A stretch of DNA of 24,000 nt from Buttiauxella sp. (GTDB lineage: Bacteria; Pseudomonadota; Gammaproteobacteria; Enterobacterales; Enterobacteriaceae), in NCBI RefSeq assembly GCF_035271705.1, contig NZ_DATERI010000143.1, forward strand, positions 3,264 through 27,263, given 5' to 3'. The translations under genes and the position numbers were made by a program. The notes below the pieces were generated by a model. That model saw nothing but the letters and a program-made list of their open reading frames with translations, did not search any database and was not told where the DNA came from. Shown here in pieces: positions 1 to 17,969 of this stretch. The stretch's first letter is position 1. Each line of letters begins with the position of its first letter.

Positions 1-915
1 CAGCAGTAAAGCCGGGATTGCAATCGGCAACAAATCTGTCGGATTGACCAGCAGCCCCAGTACCAGGAACATGCCGATTTGCGCAAACCACGCCAGCCCA
101 TCAAAGTTTTGTAAAATACCAAAACGGCTGCGAATGGGGCGGTTACCTAACACGAAACCACAAAGATAGACCGCCAGAATCCCGCTACCATTGAGAGCCG
201 TAGTGATGCCAAACACCATAATCCCGCCACTCAGTGCCAGCAGGGGATACAAACCTTGCGGCAAGGTAATGCGGTTGATCATTTGCAATAGCAGATAGCC
301 TCCGCCGAGGCCGAGCAAAATCCCGAGGCCAAACTGTTGGATGATATCCACGATGAACATCCAGCTCAGGCCGGTTTGCCCATGCTGAATCATCTCAATG
401 AGCGTGATGGTCAGAAACACTGCCATCGGGTCGTTACTGCCCGACTCAATCTCAAGTGTGGCACCCACACGTTCGTTAAGACCTTTGCCGCCCAGCAATG
501 AAAACACGGCTGCCGCATCGGTTGAACCCACGATGGCGCCAATCAGCAAACCTTCAATTAAGTTGAGGTTGAATAGCCACGCGGCGGCCATACCGGTTAA
601 ACCTGAGGTCACCAACACGCCTATTGTGGCAAGTGAAAGTGCAGGGCCAAGTGCGACACGAAACGAACTGGCCTGAGTGCGCATCCCGCCGTCCAGCAGG
701 ATAACCGCCAGCGCCAGGTTACTGACGAGATAAGCGAAAGGATAATTATCAAACGGAATGCCACCAATACCGTCGATACCCGCCAACATGCCGATAGCGA
801 GGAAAATAACCAGGATGGGGATACCAAGACGAGAAGAAAAAGAACTCAATAAGATGCTACAAGTTACCAATACGGAACCTAAAATAAACAGACTGACGAT
901 CGCCCCTGCGTCCAA
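1..915 (-). CDS. cvrA: K+/H+ antiporter CvrA/NhaP2 (CPA1 family), first 305 codons; the 3' end lies beyond the window start
   Basis: Absent from the ORF track because no stop falls in the window. The reverse-strand translation reads (TTG)[32 protein letters not shown]... and, at the window edge, ...[53 protein letters not shown]. This closely matches remembered E. coli CvrA ([33 protein letters not shown]...). The apparent start is TTG (complement of 913-915) with GGAG about 10 nt upstream. Position downstream of ldcA is as in K-12. Confidence 0.88.
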   Translation of the reverse strand, partial: MDAGAIVSLFILGSVLVTCSILLSSFSSRLGIPILVIFLAIGMLAGIDGIGGIPFDNYPFAYLVSNLALAVILLDGGMRTQASSFRVALGPALSLATIGVLVTSGLTGMAAAWLFNLNLIEGLLIGAIVGSTDAAAVFSLLGGKGLNERVGATLEIESGSNDPMAVFLTITLIEMIQHGQTGLSWMFIVDIIQQFGLGILLGLGGGYLLLQMINRITLPQGLYPLLALSGGIMVFGITTALNGSGILAVYLCGFVLGNRPIRSRFGILQNFDGLAWFAQIGMFLVLGLLVNPTDLLPIAIPALLL

Positions 916-984
916 AATTATCTTTCTCCTTTTGCCTGTGCCAAACGTGTGCAAATGTTAACACGAATGCATTGATTAATTGTG

Positions 985-1923
985 CTAACTGAAGGCCATA
1001 GGCGACTTTATTTGCCTCAGAACGGGATGACCACTGACCGTCAGGTTGGCGGTTTGCCCATCGTGATGCAGTTCACCATACGCCCCCAGAGGAAGGGTGA
1101 CGGTTTCAGGTTCATGACCGAACGGTAAATCGCGCAGCACAGGAATCGATAAGCGTTGTTGTAGCATCTGGCACATTTCGTCGAAGTTATACCCATCGTC
1201 ATAATCACTCAGCGTTGCACCATTAAAACTGCCCAGAATCAGCGCTTTTTGACGAGCTAAAATCCCCGCGTGATGAAGTTGCAGTAATAAGCGCTCAACG
1301 CGGAATGGGTGCTCGTTAATATCTTCAACCACTAAAATGCCGCCATCAATAACGGTCAGCCAGGGTGAACCTATCATCGACACCAGCATCGCGAGATTTC
1401 CGCCCCACAATGTACCGCTCGCCGAACAGGCCGGGGTGGCGCTGGGCCAACTGACCGTAAATTTCGGCTCGGTAATCGCTTGCCAGAAATGCTGCCAGGT
1501 AAAGCTGTTTAACGCTTCTGCGCCAAAGTTCCCGGCAAGCATCGGCCCGCTAAAGGTAATCGTCCCGGTTTGGGAAAGGAGTGCTAACTGGATGGCGGTG
1601 AAATCGCTATGCCCGCAAATTATCGGTGTACGTTCATCAAAGGCGCGTCCCAGTTTCGAATAGTCAATATTTTCAAGTAAGCGAGTAGCCCCATAACCAC
1701 CACGTACCGCCAGCACGATGTCACATTCTGCTGGTAGGGCAGATAAATCCTGAATATCTGTTAGCCGTTGAGCGTCCGTTCCGGCAAAACGTTGGAAGCG
1801 CCGGGTCACCACCGATTGGTTCTCAACCCGGTGCCCAGAGGCTTTCAAACGCTCGATACCGCGCGCCGCCGCCGCCTGGTTAACACAGAATCCTGAGGGG
1901 GCAATCAAACGAATCGTGGACAT
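985..1923 (-). CDS. ldcA: Muramoyltetrapeptide LD-carboxypeptidase A (peptidoglycan recycling)
   Basis: The 312-aa ORF aligns along its whole length with remembered E. coli LdcA. Shared segments include LIAPSG, RFAGTD..RL.D, VLAVRGGYGA.RLL, ICGHSDFTAIQ, GTLWGGNLAML, EDINEHPFRVERLLLQLHHAGIL and FGHE..TVTLPLGA. Synteny with cvrA and emtA matches K-12. Confidence 0.93.
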   Translation of the reverse strand: MSTIRLIAPSGFCVNQAAAARGIERLKASGHRVENQSVVTRRFQRFAGTDAQRLTDIQDLSALPAECDIVLAVRGGYGATRLLENIDYSKLGRAFDERTPIICGHSDFTAIQLALLSQTGTITFSGPMLAGNFGAEALNSFTWQHFWQAITEPKFTVSWPSATPACSASGTLWGGNLAMLVSMIGSPWLTVIDGGILVVEDINEHPFRVERLLLQLHHAGILARQKALILGSFNGATLSDYDDGYNFDEMCQMLQQRLSIPVLRDLPFGHEPETVTLPLGAYGELHHDGQTANLTVSGHPVLRQIKSPMAFS

Positions 1924-2036
1924 GGCATTTCCTTGCGTAAAGTGAATTGGTTATCATGCCGCTTGAAACGGTGGTTGTCACCCGCCGACAAAGACGAATC
2001 GCAGTAATTACGGCTCAGTAATATAAGGATAGATGC

Positions 2037-2645
2037 GTGAATATAAGATGGCTGATTGTATTGGTTTTGTTGTTAGCGGGCTGTTCAAGTAAAACAACCA
2101 AACAACCTGAGTGGGATCCAACAAAACCGGTACAACGCGCATTAACCTGGATGCCGATAACCGAACAAGCAGGAAAAGAGTGGGGTGTGAGCCCACGTGT
2201 GGTGACGGCAATTATTGCGGTGGAATCCGGTGGCAATCCAAGCCTGGTCAGTAAGTCTAATGCTGTGGGTCTGATGCAGATTAAAGCGTCAACGGCGGGC
2301 AAAGATGTCTATCGCCATCTGGGGTGGGGCGGGCAGCCGTCAACCAGCGAACTGAAAGACCCTGCTCGTAACATCTCGATTGGTACCGCGTATTTGAGCA
2401 TTCTTGAACATGGCATTCTGGCCGGTATTGAAGACCCGGAAACAATGCAATATGCCTTACTGGCCGCGTACGCTAACGGCGCGGGGGCATTACTAAGGAC
2501 GTTCTCATCCGATCGCAAAAAGGCCATTGATGAGATCAATGACCTAAGTCCAGACGAGTTTTACGAATACATCGCTAAGAATCACCCTGCGCCGCAAGCA
2601 CCACGTTACTTATATAAAGTATCCAAAGCGCTAAACGCGATGTGA
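2037..2645 (+). CDS. emtA: Endo-type membrane-bound lytic murein transglycosylase A (lipoprotein)
   Basis: GTG start. The lipobox is LLAGC|SS. Motifs match remembered E. coli EmtA/MltE: [53 protein letters not shown] and [13 protein letters not shown]. The gene is divergent from ldcA as in K-12. Confidence 0.93.
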   Translation: MNIRWLIVLVLLLAGCSSKTTKQPEWDPTKPVQRALTWMPITEQAGKEWGVSPRVVTAIIAVESGGNPSLVSKSNAVGLMQIKASTAGKDVYRHLGWGGQPSTSELKDPARNISIGTAYLSILEHGILAGIEDPETMQYALLAAYANGAGALLRTFSSDRKKAIDEINDLSPDEFYEYIAKNHPAPQAPRYLYKVSKALNAM

Positions 2646-3389
2646 TTATTTTACCCGGTCTGCTTTTTCGCGGGCCGAACGTTCCAGAGAGAAAATAATA
2701 CGCTGCAATTCGCGCTCCACGGCTGGATTAACGTTAAGAAAACGGAAACTCAGGCGCGGGGTGCTGATGGTCTCGTTTTTGCTGTCGATCACTTTTCGTT
2801 CAGATAAGGTGATCAATTGCATATCAAAGCGGAATTTTCCCCACTGCACTAAATCGATTTCCACCTGTGAAAAACGCATTCCGACCTTCAGTCCTTCAGG
2901 AAGCGGCCCGTTCAACAACGCCCCCATCCCTCCGAGTGACAAATCACTTAACCTGAACTGGAAAGGGGAACCATTTGGTAGCGACGTATTGCACAAATAA
3001 TAGGGCTGCAACGGTGCGGAAATTCGGAAATACTCGCGACGCTGTATAAACCATAAGGCAGACGGGATTGGTGTACTGAATGCCGGTAAATCCAGGTAAT
3101 TCATCACCTGCAATTTAGGCAAGCTAAACTCAACTTTTGCCCCTTCCGTTTCTGCGCTGAATTGAATGTCTGTCGCTTTTTGCACAGCCTGATTGTCCAG
3201 CGACTGGCTGCCAAAATCCACAATCAAACCCGCTGCTGTGACCTCCAGGATTTTGCTGATGAACTGCCCTGACTGCCAACTTAGACGAATAGGCACTTGG
3301 TTTTTATGCAGATCACGTAACACGCCTAATACTGCCAGAGGACTTCGTTTCAGAAACTGCTCGTTATAGTTACTCAAGGCCAGGTCCAT
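2646..3389 (-). CDS. ycgR: Flagellar brake protein YcgR (c-di-GMP-binding PilZ domain)
   Basis: The 247-aa ORF matches remembered E. coli YcgR: EQFLK..PLAVLGVLRDLHK, QRREYFRISAP (RxxxR PilZ motif), DLSLGGMGALL (D/NxSxxG) and ISERKVIDSKNETISTPRLSFRFLNV. Its stop codon abuts the emtA stop with 0 nt between the convergent genes. Confidence 0.93.
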   Translation of the reverse strand: MDLALSNYNEQFLKRSPLAVLGVLRDLHKNQVPIRLSWQSGQFISKILEVTAAGLIVDFGSQSLDNQAVQKATDIQFSAETEGAKVEFSLPKLQVMNYLDLPAFSTPIPSALWFIQRREYFRISAPLQPYYLCNTSLPNGSPFQFRLSDLSLGGMGALLNGPLPEGLKVGMRFSQVEIDLVQWGKFRFDMQLITLSERKVIDSKNETISTPRLSFRFLNVNPAVERELQRIIFSLERSAREKADRVK

Positions 3390-3416
3390 GTTGTGTTTTG
3401 AAAGCTGTAAGAAATA

Positions 3417-3443
3417 ATATCGGCAGAATACTAAAAAACTTAA
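3417..3443 (-). promoter_or_regulatory. Candidate sigma-28 (FliA) class-3 flagellar promoter for ycgR
   Basis: The reverse strand reads TTAAGTTT-N11-GCCGATAT against the consensus TAAAGTTT-N11-GCCGATAA, a 7/8 match in each element with exact 11-nt spacing. It lies about 30-55 nt upstream of the ycgR ATG. ycgR is a known FliA-dependent gene in E. coli. Confidence 0.55.
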
Positions 3444-3609
3444 GATAAATATCAGATTTTTATTTTCTAAAATTCAATGAGTTGATTATGTCCATCACAT
3501 GTTTCTAACACTTGATTATACTTACCGTACCGACAGACAGAAGCCCCGCGGTCATGTTGATGGGGGTTCTGACTTGTAACCACGCACAATAATTAAGAGG
3601 ACGGTTAAC

Positions 3610-3861
3610 ATGGGTATTCTGGCCTGGATTGTTTTCGGTTTAATAGCGGGTGTTATTGCAAAACTTCTGATGCCGGGAAGGGACGGCGGAGGTTTTATTC
3701 TGACCTGCATTTTAGGGATCATCGGTGCCGTTGTCGGTGGCTGGATAGCAACATTTCTTCATATTGGTGGCAATGTCACGGGCTTTAACTTACCGAGTTT
3801 CCTGGTTGCCGTTGCGGGCGCGATTATTGTGCTAATTATTTACCGCATGGTTCGACGATAA
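3610..3861 (+). CDS. ymgE: Small inner-membrane transglycosylase-associated protein (GlsB/YeaQ/YmgE family)
   Basis: The 83-aa ORF MGILAWIVFGLIAGVIAKLLMPGRDGGGFILTCILGIIGAVVGGW... is nearly colinear with remembered E. coli YmgE. An AAGAGGA RBS lies upstream. Confidence 0.9.
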   Translation: MGILAWIVFGLIAGVIAKLLMPGRDGGGFILTCILGIIGAVVGGWIATFLHIGGNVTGFNLPSFLVAVAGAIIVLIIYRMVRR

Positions 3862-3890
3862 TTCTGTTACCTGTCTGGCAGTAGAATTCT

Positions 3891-3922
3891 CAGGCCCTGG
3901 ATTTTTCCAGGGCCTTTTCTTT
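3891..3922 (+). terminator. Rho-independent terminator of ymgE
   Basis: A perfect 9-bp stem AGGCCCTGG (3892-3900) / CCAGGGCCT (3907-3915) with a 6-nt loop is followed by TTTTCTTT. Confidence 0.7.
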
Positions 3923-4065
3923 GCTATTGATTTATCTAATGAATGGTTTTTTTGTGCCATAACGGGGGACGACTGGGAAGTCGGCTCTTATTCTGTGAAT
4001 AAGCGAAGCGTAAAAGTAGGCTGGTTATCTTATTGTTTTTCGTAAATATACTCAGGGAGATCGAA

Positions 4066-5613
4066 ATGAAAAGAAAACTGCTGGCAGGCCTGATAGCCGC
4101 CGCTGTTGCGCTTAGCTGTCCTGTATTCGCACAAAAAGTAGCGGTGACATATAGCAACGGAACAGTCATTGGGTCGAAAGAGGCTGGCGTTGAGTCTTAT
4201 AAGGGGATTCCCTACAGTCAACCGCCGGTTGGCGCGTTACGATGGCAGCCCCCGCAACCCGTGAAAAGTTGGTCGGGTGAACGGCAGGCTGTCAATTATG
4301 GGAATGACTGTTTGCAGGATCCTTTCCCCGGTGATGCCGCCCCGGTTGGCGTCGCAGGGCTAAGCGAGGACTGCCTGACGATTAACGTATGGCGCCCGCT
4401 GCATGCAGAAGGAAAATCACTGCCAGTTATGGTATGGATTTACGGTGGTGGCTTCGTTAACGGAGGTTCTTCGCCTACGGTCTACAGCGGTGAAGAATTT
4501 GCCAAAGAGGGGGTGGTCTTTGTCAGCTTTAACTACCGCATTGGGCGGTTTGGTTTCTTTGCTCACCCGGCATTAGCACAGGAGCCGTTACGCGGTAATT
4601 ATGGCCTGATGGACCAGATTGCTGCCTTGCAATGGGTGCAAAAAAACATTGCTACTTTTGGCGGTAACGCGAAAAAAGTCACCTTGTTCGGTGAGTCTGC
4701 AGGTGGATTCTCTGTTGTCAGCTTATTAACGACTCCGCAGGCAAGCGGGTTATTCCAGCAGGCGATCATCGAGTCAGGCTCCGGGCGGCACAACATTACC
4801 CCGAATCTGACCTACAAAGAGGCGGAGCAGGCTGGTTTGGCCTTTGCACATTTTCAGGGAATTAAAGGTGAAGGGGCCGAAGCGTTACAACACCTGCGTG
4901 ACTTACCCGCATCAACCCTGATGAAGGGCCTGAATATGGCCACGATGCAGGCTGATAAAGGCTATTCCGGGCCGATGATTGACGGACGTTTGATCACGGG
5001 CGAACCGCAGGAGCGGTTTAGCGCAGGTGAGTTTGCAAAAGTACCGCTTATCGTTGGGGTAACGGATTCAGATATCGGTTTTGCTCCCCGTGTTAACGAT
5101 CTACAACAGGCGTTGAAACCGTTGGGGAATATCGATCCCGCTCTGGCGCGTAACGCGTATGACCCTCAGGGGAAAATGTCCCCCCAGCAGTTGGCTGATG
5201 CTATTGCCAGCGACCAGTTTATGGTGGAACCGGCACGATTCCTGGCGCAGGAAATCAGCCGTTACAATGTGCCAGTGTGGCAATACCGCTTCGGTTATGT
5301 GGCCGAGTCTATGCGGCAGCCCGATCAGGGCGCGGCTCATGCCACTGAAATTCCCTATGTGTTCAATACACTCAAAGGCCGTTACGGCAAAGCAGTGACA
5401 GCGCAGGACAACGCTGTCGCCCAGCAAATGCATCAATATTGGGTTAATTTTGCTAAATCGGCGAACCCGAACGGTGAGGGATTACCCGTCTGGCAACCTT
5501 ATCAAAAGCAAAAGGATAATCTGTTGATGTTCCCGAAAGGGGGGGCCAAAGATACCGCTGAGATCCCGGACCCATGGGCCAGGAGATTGGATCTGATTTC
5601 AAATATTCAGTAA
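4066..5613 (+). CDS. Secreted carboxylesterase, type B (alpha/beta hydrolase, PnbA-like)
   Basis: The start was moved to ATG 4066, which has a GGGAGA RBS 5 nt upstream. This gives a Sec signal peptide MKRKLLAGLIAAAVALSCPVFA|QK. Family hallmarks are present: YKGIPYSQPPVG.LRW, EDCLTINVWRP, WIYGGGF (oxyanion hole) and FGESAGG (nucleophile elbow GxSxG). Confidence 0.85.
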   Translation: MKRKLLAGLIAAAVALSCPVFAQKVAVTYSNGTVIGSKEAGVESYKGIPYSQPPVGALRWQPPQPVKSWSGERQAVNYGNDCLQDPFPGDAAPVGVAGLSEDCLTINVWRPLHAEGKSLPVMVWIYGGGFVNGGSSPTVYSGEEFAKEGVVFVSFNYRIGRFGFFAHPALAQEPLRGNYGLMDQIAALQWVQKNIATFGGNAKKVTLFGESAGGFSVVSLLTTPQASGLFQQAIIESGSGRHNITPNLTYKEAEQAGLAFAHFQGIKGEGAEALQHLRDLPASTLMKGLNMATMQADKGYSGPMIDGRLITGEPQERFSAGEFAKVPLIVGVTDSDIGFAPRVNDLQQALKPLGNIDPALARNAYDPQGKMSPQQLADAIASDQFMVEPARFLAQEISRYNVPVWQYRFGYVAESMRQPDQGAAHATEIPYVFNTLKGRYGKAVTAQDNAVAQQMHQYWVNFAKSANPNGEGLPVWQPYQKQKDNLLMFPKGGAKDTAEIPDPWARRLDLISNIQ

Positions 5614-5630
5614 CACAGCCGCCTGAATAA

Positions 5631-5652
5631 GGTCCCGGAAATTACCGGGACC
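5631..5652. terminator. Hairpin between the convergent esterase and ygjK genes (possible bidirectional terminator)
   Basis: A perfect 8-bp GC-rich stem GGTCCCGG (5631-5638) / CCGGGACC (5645-5652) has the loop AAATTA. The flanking U-runs are weak. Confidence 0.5.
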
Positions 5653-5670
5653 CCGGATTGCTGTTAAGTT

Positions 5671-9156
<3,486 letters not shown>

Positions 9157-9161
9157 TTATA

Positions 9162-9202
9162 TTAGTTAATATTTTACTAAAAAATACACTAAAATTAGTA
9201 AA
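9162..9202. promoter_or_regulatory. Cluster of TTAGTAAA-type half-sites in the ygjJ/ebgR divergent region (candidate EbgR operators)
   Basis: TTAGTtAA-TAT-TTTACTAA forms a 19-bp near-palindrome at 9162-9180. A perfect TTAGTAAA lies at 9195-9202 and is preceded by ACTAAAA. The same 8-mer recurs upstream of ebgA. Confidence 0.35.
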
Positions 9203-9209
9203 GCGATAA

Positions 9210-10301
<1,092 letters not shown>

Positions 10302-10316
10302 CCAATTGTTTTATCA

Positions 10317-10351
10317 GGTGGATTAGCGATGCGACATCCACCGTCTTTTTT
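10317..10351 (+). terminator. Rho-independent terminator after ebgR
   Basis: The stem GGTGGAT (10317-10323) / ATCCACC (10336-10342) has a 12-nt loop and is followed by GTCTTTTTT. Confidence 0.65.
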
Positions 10352-10367
10352 ACCCCCTGTTATTTTA

Positions 10368-13985
<3,618 letters not shown>

Positions 13986-14003
13986 GCTGTTAATCACTGA
14001 CTA

Positions 14004-14036
14004 GTGTCGGGTGGCGCTGACGCTTATCCGAGCTAC
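14004..14036. repeat. REP-like (repetitive extragenic palindrome) element between ebgC and ygjI
   Basis: GTGTCGGGTGGCGCTGACGCTTATCCGAGCTAC resembles the E. coli REP consensus GCCGGATGCGGCGTGAACGCCTTATCCGGCCTAC, including the imperfect palindrome TCGG..GCG/CGC..CCGA. Confidence 0.5.
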
Positions 14037-14051
14037 AAAAAGCACTTATAA

Positions 14052-15572
<1,521 letters not shown>

Positions 15573-15586
15573 AAGCTCAAATAAAT

Positions 15587-15612
15587 GGCGGATGGCGCGT
15601 GCGCCACCCGCC
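15587..15612. terminator. GC-rich hairpin between convergent ygjI and the TonB-dependent receptor gene
   Basis: GGCGGATGGCGC-GT-GCGCCACCCGCC forms a 12-bp stem with one mismatch in a 54-nt convergent gap. It is likely a bidirectional terminator or a REP-like element. Confidence 0.5.
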
Positions 15613-15626
15613 ACCCACCTCAAAGA

Positions 15627-17804
15627 TTAAAAATCATATCCCACAGTCGCAATCACAGAACGCTCGGCACCCCAGTAGCAGTAACCCGTTCCATAACAAC
15701 CCGCAACATAATCACGCCCCGTCAGGTTAGTGGCGTTCACTTGCACGAAAGTCCCTTTCAGCGAAGGTGTCCACGCACCCATATCCGCACGCACCATCGC
15801 GTCAATCAGCGTCACAGAAGGTACGCGTAGGGTGTTTTCATTATCCGCCCATTGCTTGCCGATATAACGGATACCCGAACCCAGGCTAATACCGAAGTCG
15901 GCCTTGAACATCCCCCACAGGCTGGCCATCTGGTCAGGTGTGACGTATGGCGTGTTGCCATCGTTACCGTCGATAGCATCTTTAAAGCGTACTTTATTGT
16001 ACGTGTACCCAGCGATGGTTGAAAAACGTGAGTTCCACTGTGAACGCGCTTCCAGCTCAACCCCCTGAGAATGGACTTTACCGGCTGGCTCATAGTAACT
16101 GCCTTGCACCACGCGGTTACCGACATCATTCTGCGTCAGGTCATAAATGGCGAGGGTATACATATCTGTCGTACCGACCGGCTGGTATTTCATACCGGCT
16201 TCATACTGTTCCGCGGTGGTGGGTTTCAGCAGTTTGCCTTCAGCATCAGGCAGAACTTGCGGCGTTATGGCCTGGCTGTAGCTGATGTATGGGGAAATCC
16301 CGTTGGTGAATGCGTACAACAGGGATGCACGGCCGCTGAAGTGATCATCAGTACGGTTATCGGTAACGATGCTATCAATGGTTTCGGCCACGATATGGCT
16401 CTTGGTCACGATGTTGTCGTAACGGCCAGACAGCGTCATATGCCATTGATCCCATTGCATATCATCTTGCAGATAGACACCCGTTTGTTCGTATTGACGT
16501 GTACCGGCTTTGGTCAGCAGCCCTTGATTGATAGTGGAGTAAGTCGGGTCGCGCGGATCGTAATAATAGAAGCCGCCAGGACCCCCAGATTCACCTGTCC
16601 ACGGGTTCAGGTTGGTGGTGTAAGCGGAGTCATCGGACAAATTGTTGGTGAATTTGTGGAATTCGCCGCCGAGCACCACTTTGTTTTCCAGTTCGCCAAT
16701 CGCAAAATCAGCTTCAAGTTGGTTATCCATGGCGTAAGCGTCAAGCGATGACGTTTCACCGCTGTAATAACGCATCAATTCGTCATGCGCCACATCTGCC
16801 CAACCAATCTGGTAAGCCTGTTTCAGGCTAACGTTCGAATGGGTATAACTGGCATTCGAGCGGAAGGCCCAAACGTCGTTAAAACTGTGTGCAAACTCGT
16901 AGCTGTAAATCTGCTCATGGCGTTTGAATGCGTCATTGCCCGGTTCTACATCAGAAAAACCGGTGCTGATTTTGCGCCCAGTAGACGAATAGAGACTGCC
17001 ATCAGCCGGGACAGAACCGTGGAATCCGCCTGAGGGATCTTTTTCCAGATAAGCGCGCAGCACCAGCGAGGTATTCTCGCCAGGCTGCCACAGAAGGGAC
17101 GGGGAAATCGCATAACGTTCGTCACGCGTTTTCTCGTACTGAGTGTCACTATTCTTGGTTAAACCAATAATGCGATAGGCCCACTCGTCGTTAATCGCAT
17201 TGGTGTAATCAAATGCGGTGCCGGTGGTGTTGTCAGTACCGTACATCGCACGAACGTGGCCTTCTTCAACAAACTGTGGGCGCTTGGATGTTTCCATCAC
17301 CAGGCCGCCAGGAATGGTCTGGCCGTAAAGTGCCGAAGAGGGCCCTTTAATCACGTCAATTCGCTCGAGGAACCACGGGTCAACCTGAATCACGTTGTAG
17401 CTGCCGCCGTCGCTCATCAGACGCAGGCCGTCAAGGAAGGTGTTGTTGACATCGCCGCCGTGGAAGCCGCGCAGAGCCACGGTGTCATAACGCGTTGCAC
17501 CGCCCGCAAAGCCGGTAAATACACCCGGTGTGTAATTCAACGCACTGTTTACGGTTAATGCACCCTGGTCTTCGATTTGTTGACGGGGAATCACTGAAAT
17601 GGATTGGCCTGTGGTGATCAACGGCTCATCGGTTTTGGTCGCTCCACGGCTGACCGTAGCGCTATAGCCTTCGGTTGGGCTGGTGGAAGTCTGTGCCGGT
17701 GTAGCCGTAACGACGACGGTATCTTCTGCCAGCGAGTAAGTGGGTGCCGCGAGGGCAAACGCGCAGAGTAAAGCAGAACGCTTCACTGTAAATGCCAGTT
17801 TCAT
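15627..17804 (-). CDS. TonB-dependent outer-membrane siderophore receptor (FhuA/FcuA hydroxamate class)
   Basis: The 725-aa ORF has a signal peptide (…PTYSLA|ED) and a TonB box DTVVVTA. Plug-domain motifs are similar to FhuA (GATKTDEPL...GQSISVI, ALNYTPGV, RGF, ERIDVIKGPSSALYG, PGG). A long beta-barrel ends in ...TVGYDF with a terminal Phe. Confidence 0.88.
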   Translation of the reverse strand: MKLAFTVKRSALLCAFALAAPTYSLAEDTVVVTATPAQTSTSPTEGYSATVSRGATKTDEPLITTGQSISVIPRQQIEDQGALTVNSALNYTPGVFTGFAGGATRYDTVALRGFHGGDVNNTFLDGLRLMSDGGSYNVIQVDPWFLERIDVIKGPSSALYGQTIPGGLVMETSKRPQFVEEGHVRAMYGTDNTTGTAFDYTNAINDEWAYRIIGLTKNSDTQYEKTRDERYAISPSLLWQPGENTSLVLRAYLEKDPSGGFHGSVPADGSLYSSTGRKISTGFSDVEPGNDAFKRHEQIYSYEFAHSFNDVWAFRSNASYTHSNVSLKQAYQIGWADVAHDELMRYYSGETSSLDAYAMDNQLEADFAIGELENKVVLGGEFHKFTNNLSDDSAYTTNLNPWTGESGGPGGFYYYDPRDPTYSTINQGLLTKAGTRQYEQTGVYLQDDMQWDQWHMTLSGRYDNIVTKSHIVAETIDSIVTDNRTDDHFSGRASLLYAFTNGISPYISYSQAITPQVLPDAEGKLLKPTTAEQYEAGMKYQPVGTTDMYTLAIYDLTQNDVGNRVVQGSYYEPAGKVHSQGVELEARSQWNSRFSTIAGYTYNKVRFKDAIDGNDGNTPYVTPDQMASLWGMFKADFGISLGSGIRYIGKQWADNENTLRVPSVTLIDAMVRADMGAWTPSLKGTFVQVNATNLTGRDYVAGCYGTGYCYWGAERSVIATVGYDF

Positions 17805-17854
17805 TTAATTATTTTCCCGAGGAGGTCTAGATTTAGCAATTATTGGTAACAAAT

Positions 17855-17873
17855 GGTAATACGAATTATTATC
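17855..17873. promoter_or_regulatory. Candidate Fur box overlapping the receptor promoter
   Basis: GGTAATACGAATTATTATC matches the 19-bp Fur consensus GATAATGATAATCATTATC at 14/19 positions. On the gene strand it overlaps a TTGAAA-16-TAATAA sigma-70-like promoter. Additional GATAA(A/T) hexamers lie adjacent. Confidence 0.5.
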
Positions 17874-17923
17874 GTTATTGTTTATCGTTTCAAGTACCAA
17901 TATTGGCAGGGAGGGCCGGGTAA

Positions 17924-17947
17924 TACCCTCTCCTGGTGGAGAGGGTG
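17924..17947 (-). terminator. Stem-loop downstream of treA (terminator / GC-rich intergenic repeat-like element)
   Basis: CCCTCTCC (17926-17933) - TGGT - GGAGAGGG (17938-17945) forms a perfect 8-bp stem extendable by A-T, flanked by GAGGG(T/C)GAGGGCGAG repeats. It begins about 25 nt after the treA TAG. The U-tract is poor. Confidence 0.45.
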
Positions 17948-17969
17948 AGGGCGAGAGTCAGAAGGAAAA

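Noticed and set aside
398-961. ORF-track entries 398-676(+), 621-827(-) and 758-961(+)
   Set aside because: All lie inside or out of frame with the strongly supported cvrA reading frame (minus strand, 1-915). They have no RBS and their composition is a low-complexity shadow of the real gene.
1337-1663. 108-aa plus-strand ORF inside ldcA
   Set aside because: It is antisense to a full-length, well-conserved ldcA, has no independent signals, and is a typical shadow ORF.
2008-2539. Minus-strand ORFs 2008-2211, 2015-2302 and 2309-2539
   Set aside because: They are antisense to emtA, whose product matches E. coli EmtA end to end.
3936-4221. Minus-strand ORFs of 77 aa and 63 aa in the ymgE-esterase spacer
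   Set aside because: They overlap the esterase RBS, start and signal-peptide region, and have no convincing RBS. Their odd composition (Cys/Phe-rich) resembles no family I know. The spacer more likely holds the esterase promoter and small palindromes (CTTATTC-TGT-GAATAAG at 3987-4003).
16071-16751. 226-aa plus-strand ORF inside the TonB-dependent receptor gene
   Set aside because: It is long but antisense to a receptor with intact TonB box, plug, barrel and terminal Phe. It has no RBS and a Val/Ile/Gly-rich shadow composition.
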